Positions 9,916-19,910 are shown, counted from the stretch's first letter. The stretch is 64,000 bases of DNA from Actinomycetes bacterium (GCA_021816935.1 JAKAWR010000002.1:3039-67038); one strand, 5' to 3'. Notes: generated from the letters alone by a model not told the origin. Numbers and translations: made by a program.

Positions 9916-12336
9916 TCAGCCGCCTCCAGAGTTGTCTTCTGCCGATGTGGCGAAAGTTGCCCCTCGTGCCCTCAAACGTCGCTTCCTGACAAAGAAGTAA
10001 CCTCCCAAGAAAAGCGCGATAACGACAACGACCCCGGCCGGTAGCACTAGGGTGAGCGCACTCGGCATCACGTGACGATTGTCACCCGGTCGGGATAGCG
10101 CCAGACGCCTGGTGCCGGGCGCTGCCAGGCGGGACGAGACGGCGAGCCTACGGGTAAAGGTCAAGATAAGAACGAGCGTATTCGATCGGTTCATGCCCAC
10201 CGCCTCACAGAATGCAAGTGATGTACATGCCACCGCGTTCAAGCCACCCACTTCCATAGGGGCCTGCGATGGCAGAGACTGGCTGGTCCAAGTCCGACCG
10301 TTGAACCCTGACGCCATGGATCCCATTTCCACCGCTGACGCGTCCCCCCCCACCACCTCACAAGAGGCAGGAGCTACGCACGCAACGTCATTTCCAAAGA
10401 TGACATCTGCAGGACCTTCCTGGCGTACCCAACTGGTTCCATTGAACTCGAGATAGCTGGCCCCCCCGTCGAAAGGCACCATCGCCTCGCAGAAGGTACG
10501 TGACGTGCACGAGACGTCATTGAGGCTGCCCGTACCAGGAGGCAGCGCCTCGCCAGTCCACACTCTGCCGTTGAAGTTGAACGCAGTGCCCCCGCTCCCC
10601 GATTCAGAGTCCCCCCCGACTGCCTCGCAGAAGGTACGTGACGTGCACGAGACGTCATTGAGGCTGCCCGTACCAGGAGGCAGCGCCTCGCCAGTCCACA
10701 CTCTGCCGTTGTAATCAAGGACGAACCCACCGGAATATGAAGTATCCCCCCCGACCGCTTCGCAGAAGGCACGTGAGGCGCATGAGACTGCATTCAGGAC
10801 ACTCGTTCCCGAAGGCAGTGGCTGGCTGGTCCAGTCTGTGCCATCGAAACCAAGCGCGATCCCATTCTGTGGACTACTTTGCGAACCTTCCTGGCCGGCC
10901 GCGGTGGCACTCCCTACCGCCTCGCAGAAGCTGCTGGATATGCACGATACGTCATTCAGCCCGCCGACCCCTATGGGGAGCGATTGAACTGCCCAGGCTC
11001 TGCCGTTGAAACCGAGAGCCACGCCCAGTCCCGAGGCGGAGTCCTCCCCCACCGCATCGCAGAAGCTGCCAGATACGCACGATATGTCATTCAGCCCGCC
11101 GACCTCCGGGGGAAGAGCCTGGATCACCCAGCTGCTGCCGTTGAAGTTGAGCACGCTGCCTTCAACCTCGTTGATCTGGCCTACCGCCTCACAAAAGCTC
11201 GAGGAAACACATGACACACCGTTGAGATATCCGTTTCCCGCAGCGACGGGCACCTCCTGGCTTGCCCACGTCCTGCCATCGAAATAGATTGCACCGGTGG
11301 AGGCGGACTGCCCGGTCGATACGCTACCCCCTACTGCCTCGCAAAACGTGGGTGACGCACACGATAAGCCGTTGATTTGGCCCCTGAGCAAAGGAAGCGC
11401 CTGAACTGCCCAGGTCCTGCCGTTGAAACCGAGGGCCACGCCCAGTTCCGAGGCGGAGTCCTCCCCTACCGCCTCGCAGAAGTTCGCCGATACACACGAT
11501 ACATCCGTCAGCCCGATGACCCCAGCGGGGAGCGTCTGGTTCGTCCACGAGCTGCCGTTGAAGTTGAGAGCATCGTCTTCTCCTACGGCCTCGCAAAAGG
11601 CGGAAGACACGCATGTTACGCTACCGATACCCCCCGTCTCCGGAGGAGTTCTTTGGCTTACCCATCTGCTGCCGTTAAACTCGGCGATGCGGGAACTCGT
11701 GGACAGTCCGTTATTCCAGGCCCCTACCGCCTCACAAAACGTGGGCGATACACACGACACACTGATGGTGCCAATCCCTGCAAACAGGGCTGCTGACGAC
11801 TGGGGTTCAACGGTGTTTCCGTTGAACTCAAAGGCAAGACGACCCCAGCCGTCCCCAGCGTCAGACCCCATGAGCTCGCAGAACGTCGGTGATGCGCACG
11901 ATACGGTGTCTATGCCGTTGCTGCCGGCCGGCAAGATCGCAGTATCGTCTGCCCAGGTGGTTCCTCCGTTGCTGGTTTGGTAGAGCGAAATTCCGGCGGC
12001 AGACGGCGATGTCGTGCCAATTGCGACACATGTTAACGGGCTGGAGCACGACACGGACTTGAAATCCCCCGCGGGCACGGGGAACTCCTTCTGGAGTGAC
12101 CAAGACGATGACGTGAAATCGGAAGCGGGACTGAGCCGACCAGGCCCAGTGGCTGCTACGAAAGTAGCGGCAACTCCCAAATTGGCGGAGAGGGCAACGA
12201 CAATTATGCTCCCCATTATCTTGACCAGCCGCCGGCAACGATTCGGTACAGTCGGGCCACTGCCACCGGCGTCGCCAGCGATATCGGATCCGAGATTCCT
12301 CACATTGCCACACCTCAGTCGCGCAATTCCGAGCAC
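9916..12336 (-). CDS. paralogous membrane-anchored protein with 14 cysteine-pair blade repeats; function unknown
   Basis: Same repeat as 7645..9858 (VSCVSPTFCEAVGA, VTCVSSAFCEAVGE ...). The first blade keeps an Asp-box (SNGGTTW). C-terminal TM helix plus VRKRRLR tail. GTG start at 12336, with an alternative ATG at 12216. Confidence 0.8.
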   Translation of the reverse strand: MLGIARLRCGNVRNLGSDIAGDAGGSGPTVPNRCRRLVKIMGSIIVVALSANLGVAATFVAATGPGRLSPASDFTSSSWSLQKEFPVPAGDFKSVSCSSPLTCVAIGTTSPSAAGISLYQTSNGGTTWADDTAILPAGSNGIDTVSCASPTFCELMGSDAGDGWGRLAFEFNGNTVEPQSSAALFAGIGTISVSCVSPTFCEAVGAWNNGLSTSSRIAEFNGSRWVSQRTPPETGGIGSVTCVSSAFCEAVGEDDALNFNGSSWTNQTLPAGVIGLTDVSCVSANFCEAVGEDSASELGVALGFNGRTWAVQALPLLRGQINGLSCASPTFCEAVGGSVSTGQSASTGAIYFDGRTWASQEVPVAAGNGYLNGVSCVSSSFCEAVGQINEVEGSVLNFNGSSWVIQALPPEVGGLNDISCVSGSFCDAVGEDSASGLGVALGFNGRAWAVQSLPIGVGGLNDVSCISSSFCEAVGSATAAGQEGSQSSPQNGIALGFDGTDWTSQPLPSGTSVLNAVSCASRAFCEAVGGDTSYSGGFVLDYNGRVWTGEALPPGTGSLNDVSCTSRTFCEAVGGDSESGSGGTAFNFNGRVWTGEALPPGTGSLNDVSCTSRTFCEAMVPFDGGASYLEFNGTSWVRQEGPADVIFGNDVACVAPASCEVVGGDASAVEMGSMASGFNGRTWTSQSLPSQAPMEVGGLNAVACTSLAFCEAVGMNRSNTLVLILTFTRRLAVSSRLAAPGTRRLALSRPGDNRHVMPSALTLVLPAGVVVVIALFLGGYFFVRKRRLRARGATFATSAEDNSGGG
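10484..10710. repeat. perfect 89-bp tandem-type duplication (period 138 bp = one 46-aa blade)
   Basis: gcctcgcagaaggtacgtgacgtgcacgagacgtcattgaggctgcccgtaccaggaggcagcgcctcgccagtccacactctgccgtt occurs at 10484-10572 and 10622-10710. It encodes NGRVWTGEALPPGTGSLNDVSCTSRTFCEA twice. Confidence 0.9.
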
Positions 12337-12533
12337 GCCACGTCATGCACGTGCCGTGCTCTCCACAGCGCAATAATCATAGACCTAAACCCAGGTCACC
12401 CGCACCGGAAGCTTGAACCGGAACCATCCCTGGTTTGATGCATGCTTCCCGATTTCGACAAGGATGGCGAGATGCCGCGAAACAAACGGAAGAGGGAAAC
12501 TGAGGCGAAGCTGAACAGCTTCCATGAGGCCAT

Positions 12534-13940
12534 TCAGACGACGTTCCCTGGGGAGAGGATGGACTCCGGATCGAGCGCGGCCTTGATCTTCCGCATGATC
12601 TCGATCTGGACCGGGTCGGCCAGGTCGAGGAAGTCATGCCGCTTCGCCTTGCCTATGCCGTGCTCGGCGGACACCTCGCCGCCGAGGCTGCGGCCTGCCT
12701 CGAGTATCGCATGAATGGTGGCCAGCCTCGCCCCGGGATCCGGCTGGAAGATCGACAGGTGCACGTTGCCGTCGCCCGCGTGGCCGCACCCGGCGACAAA
12801 GGCATGGTGGGCCGTAGCCAGCGACCCGACCTTCTCCATGTACTCGGCCATCGCCGCTCTCGGGACTACCACGTCGACGATGTCGTCGGCCCCGGCGGCC
12901 TTGGCAGTCCAGTGCGCCCGGTCGCGGGCCGCGAGAAGGCCCTGACCTGCAGGCGAGGGGAGCACGTACACGTCGATCGCCCCCGCCGATGCGAGGAGAC
13001 CTGCCACCTCCGCCACGTCCTGGTCCACCGTGGTCTCACGACCTCCCTCGACGACGACCACCAGATAGGCAAGCGCCCTTTCCTTTACGCTGCCCGGGAC
13101 TCCGAGATCCACACCGGCGTCTCTGGTCGTAGCCTCCATCGTGAGCATGTCTATGTACTCGACGAGAAGCGGCCCGACACCGGAGAGCGTGACCGCCGGT
13201 ACCGCAGCGGAAGCATCGCCGAGCGATGTGAACGGCGCGAGCACGGTGGCGCGGATCGGCATCCGGGGGACGAGGCGCGCGGTGATCTCCGTCACCACCC
13301 CGAGCGTGCCCTCGGAGCCGACGAAAAGCTGCGTCAGCTCGTACCCGGACGATCGCTTGACCGTCTTTCCCCCGGTACGTATGCGCCTGCCATCCGCAAG
13401 AACCACCTCCAACCCGAGGACGTGGTTCCTCGTGACGCCGTACTTGACTGCCTGCATCCCGCCGGCATTGGTCGCCACCGTTCCACCGAGCGACGCGCTC
13501 TTCTCGCCGATCACGACCGGGTAGGCGAGACCGTGCGACGCGGTGGCCTCGTCGAGCCGGGCCAGGGTTACCCCGGGCTGAACGACCGCCACGTGGTTCG
13601 CCGTGTCCACCTCGATGATCGAGTCCATTTTCTCGAGCGACAGCACCACACCGCCCTCCGAGGCGACGCATGCCCCGGCGAGCCCGGTACCCGATCCCCT
13701 CGGTGTAACGGGCACGCGCATCCGGGAGGCCGCCTCCATGATCGCGACAACCTCGTCCGAGGTCCGGGGAAACAGCACGGCCGCGGGCAACACCGGCTCC
13801 ACACCGTACGCCTCGTCGTGCGAGTAATCGGCGAGCGCGTCCCCCGCGGTCATCACCCGCCCGTCTCCGAGTTCCGATGCGATCTCCCTTGCGAGAACGT
13901 CAGCAGTCACCATGACCTCCCTTTGTTTGCGCTCCTGCAC
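12534..13940 (-). CDS. FAD-linked oxidase (GlcD / D-lactate dehydrogenase family)
   Basis: PCMH-type FAD-binding domain (..VTPRGSGTGLAGACV..) and C-terminal FAD-oxidase domain (..GHAGDGNVHLSIF.. ..GGEVSAEHGIGKAK..). Confidence 0.85.
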   Translation of the reverse strand: MQERKQREVMVTADVLAREIASELGDGRVMTAGDALADYSHDEAYGVEPVLPAAVLFPRTSDEVVAIMEAASRMRVPVTPRGSGTGLAGACVASEGGVVLSLEKMDSIIEVDTANHVAVVQPGVTLARLDEATASHGLAYPVVIGEKSASLGGTVATNAGGMQAVKYGVTRNHVLGLEVVLADGRRIRTGGKTVKRSSGYELTQLFVGSEGTLGVVTEITARLVPRMPIRATVLAPFTSLGDASAAVPAVTLSGVGPLLVEYIDMLTMEATTRDAGVDLGVPGSVKERALAYLVVVVEGGRETTVDQDVAEVAGLLASAGAIDVYVLPSPAGQGLLAARDRAHWTAKAAGADDIVDVVVPRAAMAEYMEKVGSLATAHHAFVAGCGHAGDGNVHLSIFQPDPGARLATIHAILEAGRSLGGEVSAEHGIGKAKRHDFLDLADPVQIEIMRKIKAALDPESILSPGNVV

Positions 13941-13991
13941 CTGGCACCTATTCCGGTCGCAACCGTGCCGGCCCGTTAGAATGTACCTCCG

Positions 13992-15485
13992 ATGAACGAC
14001 GCCGTTCTCACATCACAGGAGCAGGACTTCCCCCGCTGGTACCAGGAGGTCATCGCCAAGGCCGAGTTGGCGGACAACGGGCCGGTCCGCGGGACCATGG
14101 TCATCCGGCCGTACGGCTACGCCATCTGGGAGCGTATCCAGGCCGAGCTGGACAGCCGGATCAAGGCTGCGGGCGTACCGAACGCCTACTTCCCGCTTTT
14201 CATACCGGAGTCCTACCTCCACCGGGAATCAGAGCACGTGGAGGGGTTCAGCCCCGAGCTTGCGGTGGTGACCCACGGGGGAGGCAAGCAGCTGGAGGAG
14301 CCGGTCGTGGTACGGCCGACCTCGGAGACCATCATCAACGCCTACTTCGCGAAATGGATCCAGAGCCACCGGGACCTGCCTCTGCTCGTGAACCAGTGGG
14401 CGAACGTCGTGCGGTGGGAGCTGCGTCCCCGGCTTTTCCTCAGGACTACGGAGTTCCTCTGGCAGGAAGGCCACACCGCCCACGCGACGCAGGACGAGGC
14501 ACGCGACTTCGCCCTGTCGATCCTGCACGACGTCTACGAGGATCTTATGGTCGAGATGATGGCCGTGCCCGTCTTCACCGGCCGCAAGACCCCACGGGAG
14601 CGCTTCCCGGGAGCGGACGAGAGCTGGACCTGCGAGGGGATGATGCGCGACGGGAAGGCGCTCCAGATGGGGACCAGCCACGAGCTCGGCCAGCGGTTTG
14701 CCGCAATGTTCGGGACAACCTTTCAGAGCGAGACCGGGGAACTGGAACACCCCTGGCAGACGTCATGGGGAGTCTCCACCCGGCTGATCGGCGCCGTGAT
14801 CATGGCCCACGGTGACGACCGCGGGCTAAGGATCCCCCCGCGGCTCGCCCCTGTCCAGGTAGTCGTGCTCGCCGCCCGCGCAGGCGAGGGGGTAAGCGAG
14901 GCTGCTTCCGCCATCGCATCCGAACTGGAGACCGCAGGGGTACGCGTGGCCCTCGACGACCGGATGGACGTCTCGTATGGGCGGCGGGTGACGGGCTGGG
15001 AGTTGAAGGGCGTTCCCCTTCGAGTGGAGTTGGGCCCGCGTGACCTGGCCGCCTCGTCGGCTATGGTCGTATCACGATTTGACGGCGCCAGGGAGCAGGT
15101 CGCCTTCACCGGCCTCGCCGCGAGTGTGGCAAGTCTTCTCGAAACCATGCAGCGCCGGATGCTCGACGAGGCGCGGGAGCGGCGGGACGCCACTGTGGAC
15201 GAGGCCGCCTCCGTTGAAGAGCTGCTTGCCGCGGCGAAAGAGGTGCAGGGCGCCAGGTTGGCCCGGCAAGTTGGCAGCCAGGCCGGCCAGGATGACAGCG
15301 AGGTAACTGCTCGAGGCAGCACGGCCCGGTTTGCGAGAGTTCCCTACGGCGCGCTCCGGCAGGCCGGTGAAGCGGAGCTGGCGGCGGTTGGGCTGAGCGT
15401 CCGGTGCCTGACGGCGGAGGACGGGGGGCTGCCCGTCGGACTGGCCGAGGGGGACTGCATCGCCTTGGTTGCCAAGGCATACTGA
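13992..15485 (+). CDS. proS: proline--tRNA ligase (archaeal/eukaryote-like class II type) with a small C-terminal insertion
   Basis: DFPRWYQEVIAKAELADNGPVRGTMVIRPYGYAIWERIQ.., ..RPTSETII.., ..NQWANVVRWE.. and ..FLWQEGHTAH.. are typical ProRS segments. Confidence 0.92.
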   Translation: MNDAVLTSQEQDFPRWYQEVIAKAELADNGPVRGTMVIRPYGYAIWERIQAELDSRIKAAGVPNAYFPLFIPESYLHRESEHVEGFSPELAVVTHGGGKQLEEPVVVRPTSETIINAYFAKWIQSHRDLPLLVNQWANVVRWELRPRLFLRTTEFLWQEGHTAHATQDEARDFALSILHDVYEDLMVEMMAVPVFTGRKTPRERFPGADESWTCEGMMRDGKALQMGTSHELGQRFAAMFGTTFQSETGELEHPWQTSWGVSTRLIGAVIMAHGDDRGLRIPPRLAPVQVVVLAARAGEGVSEAASAIASELETAGVRVALDDRMDVSYGRRVTGWELKGVPLRVELGPRDLAASSAMVVSRFDGAREQVAFTGLAASVASLLETMQRRMLDEARERRDATVDEAASVEELLAAAKEVQGARLARQVGSQAGQDDSEVTARGSTARFARVPYGALRQAGEAELAAVGLSVRCLTAEDGGLPVGLAEGDCIALVAKAY

Positions 15486-15540
15486 CCCGCCGCGGGAGGT
15501 CGCGCGGCCAGTCACCGCAGACAAGCTAGAATCATTATCA

Positions 15541-16533
15541 ATGCATACCGCGGGGACTGTCTATGCATTCACACTGGGAATGGCCACCGTCGCCAACCCG
15601 TGCGGCTTTCCCCTGCTTCCTGCCTACCTTTCCCGGTTGGCCGGAGAGGGATTACCGGAGGAGGGCAGCGGCAGTATCAGGCGCGCCGCCAAGTCGGCTC
15701 GCGGCGCGTTCTTCGTAGCCGCCGGCTTCCTCGCCGTCTTCGCCGTACTGGGCACCCTCTTCGATGCAGGAGTGACCTTCTTCATGAGCGTCGTGCCGTG
15801 GGTCATGATCCCGCTTGCCGGGGTACTGGCGGTTTACGGGATCGCTACACTGCGGAACAGGACCCTGCCTATCAGCCGCCTTTCGCTCCGCCGTCCTGGT
15901 GCCGCCTTTGGCGGGAGGGGCTCACTGGTTCTTTTCGGGATCTGCTACGCGGCTGGCTCCCTTACATGCTCGCTTCCTATTTTCGTGGCTGCGATCATTC
16001 CCCTTCGCGACCGGCCGGCACCGCTGTCGGTGGCAACCTCCATCGGTGCCTTCGCTGCCGGTATGGCGGCTGTTCTCGTGCTGCTCGCAATAGCAGTGTC
16101 ACTTGCATCGTCCTCCGTCATTCTCCGGATAAGACACGTATCACGATATGTCGAGAAAGCAGCCGGGATCCTGCTGGTGCTCATCGGCGCCTACCTCATG
16201 GACTACTGGATCACCTACCTCGTCTCTCCAGCGAACGTCAACCGCCCGATCACCCTTGTAGAGAGAGTCCAGTCGTGGACAGCTGCCGGCCTTGCAGCTC
16301 ACGCAGTTCTCCTGGGAGCAATGGCCGGAGCCCTCCTCGCCGCGGTGCTTCTGGCAGTTGTTGCCCGAGGCTCGTGGAAGCACCCGCGCTCAGACATCGT
16401 CCCGACGACTCCGCCCTTGAGTCGCAAGGAGCCTGCTGCAATGGGCGCCACACCCGGTCTGCCCGACGAGACACCTGACCTGCCCGACAAGGCGCCTGGT
16501 GTACCCGTCGAAAAGCTGACCGTCCATGCGTAA
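15541..16533 (+). CDS. ccdA: CcdA/DsbD-family transmembrane thiol-disulfide electron transporter
   Basis: Polytopic membrane protein with two membrane-embedded Cys motifs (VANPCGFPLLPAYL and AGSLTCSLPIF). ATG at 15541; the track ORF starts at 15469 inside proS. Confidence 0.72.
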   Translation: MHTAGTVYAFTLGMATVANPCGFPLLPAYLSRLAGEGLPEEGSGSIRRAAKSARGAFFVAAGFLAVFAVLGTLFDAGVTFFMSVVPWVMIPLAGVLAVYGIATLRNRTLPISRLSLRRPGAAFGGRGSLVLFGICYAAGSLTCSLPIFVAAIIPLRDRPAPLSVATSIGAFAAGMAAVLVLLAIAVSLASSSVILRIRHVSRYVEKAAGILLVLIGAYLMDYWITYLVSPANVNRPITLVERVQSWTAAGLAAHAVLLGAMAGALLAAVLLAVVARGSWKHPRSDIVPTTPPLSRKEPAAMGATPGLPDETPDLPDKAPGVPVEKLTVHA

Positions 16534-16568
16534 GCGCCCCACCCGGAGTCTCGGTGTGACCGTAGGCG

Positions 16569-17354
16569 ATGGTGGCAGCCTCGCGACCCCGAGGTACCAT
16601 GCGTAAGGCCACGACCTGGATCGCCCTTGCCGTGGCGACGGCTATCATCACGCCGGTAGCCGTCGTGGCACTCGCGGGGGCGCGATCACCCGGTGGCGGG
16701 ACCGGCCCGGACAGTGGCTCGCGTAGCAACGCAGCAACGGTCACAGGCGGTATGCGAACGATGCCGGAGTCCGTCCTGCGCCACGAGACCTCGGGAGTTG
16801 CCGTGGGACAACGGATCCGGCCATTCCAGTTGCCGGCCGCCAGGAACGCAAGCGGGGGCAGGGGTAGCGCCAGTAGCGCCCGCGACGGGAGCAACGGCGG
16901 CGCTGGTGACGCCGGCGGCGCTGGTGGCGCGCACTCTGGCGGGAGTGGCACCTCCGGCCACCCGGCCGCGCCGAATCCGCCAGTCGTAGCCTCATCCCTG
17001 CTCGACGGTAGAGCCGGGATCGTGGACTTCTTCTCGGCGACCTGCATGGCCTGCCGCAGCGAGGCAACGTCTCTGTCGAAGATCTACACTCATAATCGCT
17101 ACACGATAGGGGTCGTCGCCATCGACGAAGGGGATGGGGCGGGTGCCGTAGCAAGCTTCGACAAGTCTCTCGCGATCCCCTATCCCGTCGCTCTGGACAG
17201 TGGTGGGACCGTAGCCGCTCTGTACGGCATCGTGGCCCTTCCGACGACCATCGTCGTCTCGCCCGGTGGCGCCGTCACACAGGTTCACATAGGTGCCGCC
17301 ACCTCGGCGCAGCTCTCTTCCTGGCTGCAAAGCGCATCCGCCCTCAAGCGCTGA
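16569..17354 (+). CDS. membrane-anchored thioredoxin-fold thiol:disulfide oxidoreductase (TlpA/ResA family)
   Basis: N-terminal anchor (MRKATTWIALAVATAIITPVAVVAL), CxxC motif in FFSATCMACRSE, and ..YGIVALPTTIVVSPGG.. cis-Pro loop region. Directly downstream of ccdA. An alternative start lies at 16599. Confidence 0.72.
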   Translation: MVAASRPRGTMRKATTWIALAVATAIITPVAVVALAGARSPGGGTGPDSGSRSNAATVTGGMRTMPESVLRHETSGVAVGQRIRPFQLPAARNASGGRGSASSARDGSNGGAGDAGGAGGAHSGGSGTSGHPAAPNPPVVASSLLDGRAGIVDFFSATCMACRSEATSLSKIYTHNRYTIGVVAIDEGDGAGAVASFDKSLAIPYPVALDSGGTVAALYGIVALPTTIVVSPGGAVTQVHIGAATSAQLSSWLQSASALKR

Positions 17355-17503
17355 ATGAAAGAGGCGGTAAGACGTGCCCGTTCTCGGGCAACGGTCGTAT
17401 GGCCGCCGCCGCCCATCTACGCCACCACCTGTCTCGAAGGCGCTACCTCGCGCCCGAGCGATCCTGGCGCATGGACTTGCTCCGCACGTCGCAATGAAAG
17501 CGG

Positions 17504-19432
17504 GTGATTCACGAGGTTCGGTTATGCTTGGTTTGTGCCGAAACGACCTGTAATGGCGATTGGCTTCCCGGTTGGCGCGCTCGCACTCCTGGCGAGCTGC
17601 GGATCAGGTTCACCTTCTGCGTCCCACTCGGCCACCACGACTACTCCTACGGCGGAACTCGCCCGGTGAAACCGAATCGTCGGGCAGGGGAATGGTCCAA
17701 TGACCATGATGCCGGCAACAGGTCGCATACTTGCGCGAGCACAGCTGCAGGTGACTCTGAGCGGGCATATATACCGTCCCGCCGTATTTCGTTTTGGGTG
17801 GGAAGCCTGCTGGTGACGGTCGGCGTACTGCTGCAGCTCCCAATGTATATCGCAGCGCGCCACCAAGGATTCGCACTTCGCGGAATGCCGATGGATGCGG
17901 AGATGGTGGCTGGCATGTTGCTCATGGTCGCCGGTCTCGTTCTGGCGGCCCGCGGTCTCGTCGTCGATTCGGCCAGGCCCGATGAACCGCATCACGAGAC
18001 CCGGATAAGAGCACTGGATGATGCCCGCATGGGTTGGGCACATGTCCGCCTCATAGCCGTGCTCACTGCGGCGGTGGCCATCGACACGTTGAAGCCTTAC
18101 ACGCTTACCTTTATTCTCCCGGGGGTTGCCCGAGAATACGGCCTCTCTACACCGGCCCAAAGGCTTGGCGGACATGCTCCCGTGGCGCTGCTGGCGTTTT
18201 CCGGAATATTCGGGACTGCAATCGGTTCGATCATCTGGGGTCGTGCCAGCGACATTATAGGGCGCCGTGCATCGATTCTTCTTTCCTCTCTCATCTTTAT
18301 TGCTTCCTCCGCCTGCGCCGCGATGCCTGCGTTCTGGGAGAATATCGTTATGTGTCTCATTATGGGGCTGGCTGTCGGCGGTCTGCTCCCGGTTGCATAC
18401 TCTCTACTTGTCGAGACGATACCTGTGTCGCGTCGGGGCGAAGTGGTGGTTCTTGTGGCTGGAGTCGGGACGGCGGCGGGCTTTCTACTGGCTGCAGCCG
18501 CAGCTCGCTGGCTGATGCCCTTGGCAAATTGGCGCGTCATGTGGCTGCTCGGCATCCCCACGGGACTGATTCTGATCGTATTGAACCGCGCCATCCCGGA
18601 GTCTCCACGCTTTCTCATAGCCAGAGGTCGGCTGGCCGAAGCGGGCAGGGTACTGCAGACGTTCGGAGCGGAGGTCGTCGCACTGGAGCGCTTGCCGGAG
18701 CCGGTTCCTGCCGTGTCATCAGCTACAGAGACTTCTCCTGGACAGTCCGGGCTTTCGTTCCCCGACGCTACCGGGGGGCCTCGTACGGGTTTTCACCAGC
18801 TGTGGATCCGGCCATACACGGGACTCACCCTGGCGCTTACCATCTATGGCCTGGCGTGGGGCATTGTCAGCTTTGGCTTCATAGTCTGGCTGCCAACCTA
18901 TCTCCTGCATGCCGGGCTTGGGGGCGCATATGTCACGACCGTCATCTCTGAAGCTGCAGTCTTTGCGGTCCCGGGGGCCGTTCTGGCCAGCCGGCTCTAC
19001 CGTCGGAGCGCCAGAACCGCCCTCGTACTTTTCGCAGCGGCCACGGCGCTTAGCCTGAGTTTGTTCGCTGCGTTCGGGAAGTCGATCATTTCCAGCACTC
19101 CCGTCCTGGTGGCGGTTCTCGTGCTTCTTCTCGTTTCAATGTGGGGCGCCATTTCGGTTCTTGGTCCCTACAGCGCGGAGGTATACCCGACCTTGCTGAG
19201 ATCGAGTGGCTCCGGTGTTGCGGCCTTCGCGAGCAAGGCCGGGGGGGTGCTTGCCTTAGCCATGGCGCTGTCCGCAGTCGCTCCACCCGGCCTTGCCGGT
19301 GCTGCCATTCTGTGCACCGTGCCTATGTTGCTGGCGGCTGTCGCAGTTGTCCTATTGGGTGTCGAGACTGCGGGACACCCTCTTGACGCCATCCAGGCCG
19401 GCAAGCAGCGTCCAGTGCTCGTGTCGGATTGA
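17504..19432 (+). CDS. MFS transporter; the N-terminal extent is uncertain
   Basis: About 12-14 predicted TM helices and the MFS signature GRASDIIGRRASILL after TM2. The first ~80 aa of the track ORF are not membrane-like, so the real start is probably downstream. Confidence 0.8.
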   Translation: MIHEVRLCLVCAETTCNGDWLPGWRARTPGELRIRFTFCVPLGHHDYSYGGTRPVKPNRRAGEWSNDHDAGNRSHTCASTAAGDSERAYIPSRRISFWVGSLLVTVGVLLQLPMYIAARHQGFALRGMPMDAEMVAGMLLMVAGLVLAARGLVVDSARPDEPHHETRIRALDDARMGWAHVRLIAVLTAAVAIDTLKPYTLTFILPGVAREYGLSTPAQRLGGHAPVALLAFSGIFGTAIGSIIWGRASDIIGRRASILLSSLIFIASSACAAMPAFWENIVMCLIMGLAVGGLLPVAYSLLVETIPVSRRGEVVVLVAGVGTAAGFLLAAAAARWLMPLANWRVMWLLGIPTGLILIVLNRAIPESPRFLIARGRLAEAGRVLQTFGAEVVALERLPEPVPAVSSATETSPGQSGLSFPDATGGPRTGFHQLWIRPYTGLTLALTIYGLAWGIVSFGFIVWLPTYLLHAGLGGAYVTTVISEAAVFAVPGAVLASRLYRRSARTALVLFAAATALSLSLFAAFGKSIISSTPVLVAVLVLLLVSMWGAISVLGPYSAEVYPTLLRSSGSGVAAFASKAGGVLALAMALSAVAPPGLAGAAILCTVPMLLAAVAVVLLGVETAGHPLDAIQAGKQRPVLVSD

Positions 19433-19436
19433 ATGA

Positions 19437-19751
19437 GATCGCAAGCTGACTACCCGGTATACTGTATCTTGGTGCCGTAGAACCGTTGCCGTACTCCGGA
19501 AGAGGCGGCCGGTCGGCGCCCTCTCGGAAGGCCGCTTCAGAGCGGCACTCCCAGATCTGACGGATCTCACCTTTGATCGATACCCGGCGCTCCCGTTCAT
19601 GAATCGCGCATTCCAGCTACGAGCCAACGTCGCCTCCTACGCCACGACCTACGCGGCACTTGCAGAAGTACCTTCATGCCACCTCCTGACGACCGACACG
19701 CGTCTCGCCAAAGCACCGGGTCTGCGCTGTTCCGTACGGGTCCTCACGTAG
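19437..19751 (+). pseudogene. 5'-truncated PIN-domain (VapC-like) toxin remnant
   Basis: My own translation of the frame ending at TAG 19749-19751 gives ..LSEGRFRAALPDLTDLTFDRYPALPFMNRAFQLRANVASYATTYAALAEVPSCHLLTTDTRLAKAPGLRCSVRVLT. This is the C-terminal two-thirds of a VapC pattern. It has no start codon and lacks the N-terminal acidic motif. It abuts the MFS stop. Confidence 0.45.
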
Positions 19752-19910
19752 CCAAGTGACCGCCTCGCCTCCCCGATCGTGGCCTGAACGGGGGGAAGAC
19801 CCGCGGCCATGCTCTGCTCGAGACGGGCACCTTCAGGCCGATCCATTCGCTAAAGCAGCTTCGTAAGCACGTTCTTGATCGGACGACTAGTTGGCAACCA
19901 GTCTGTGACT

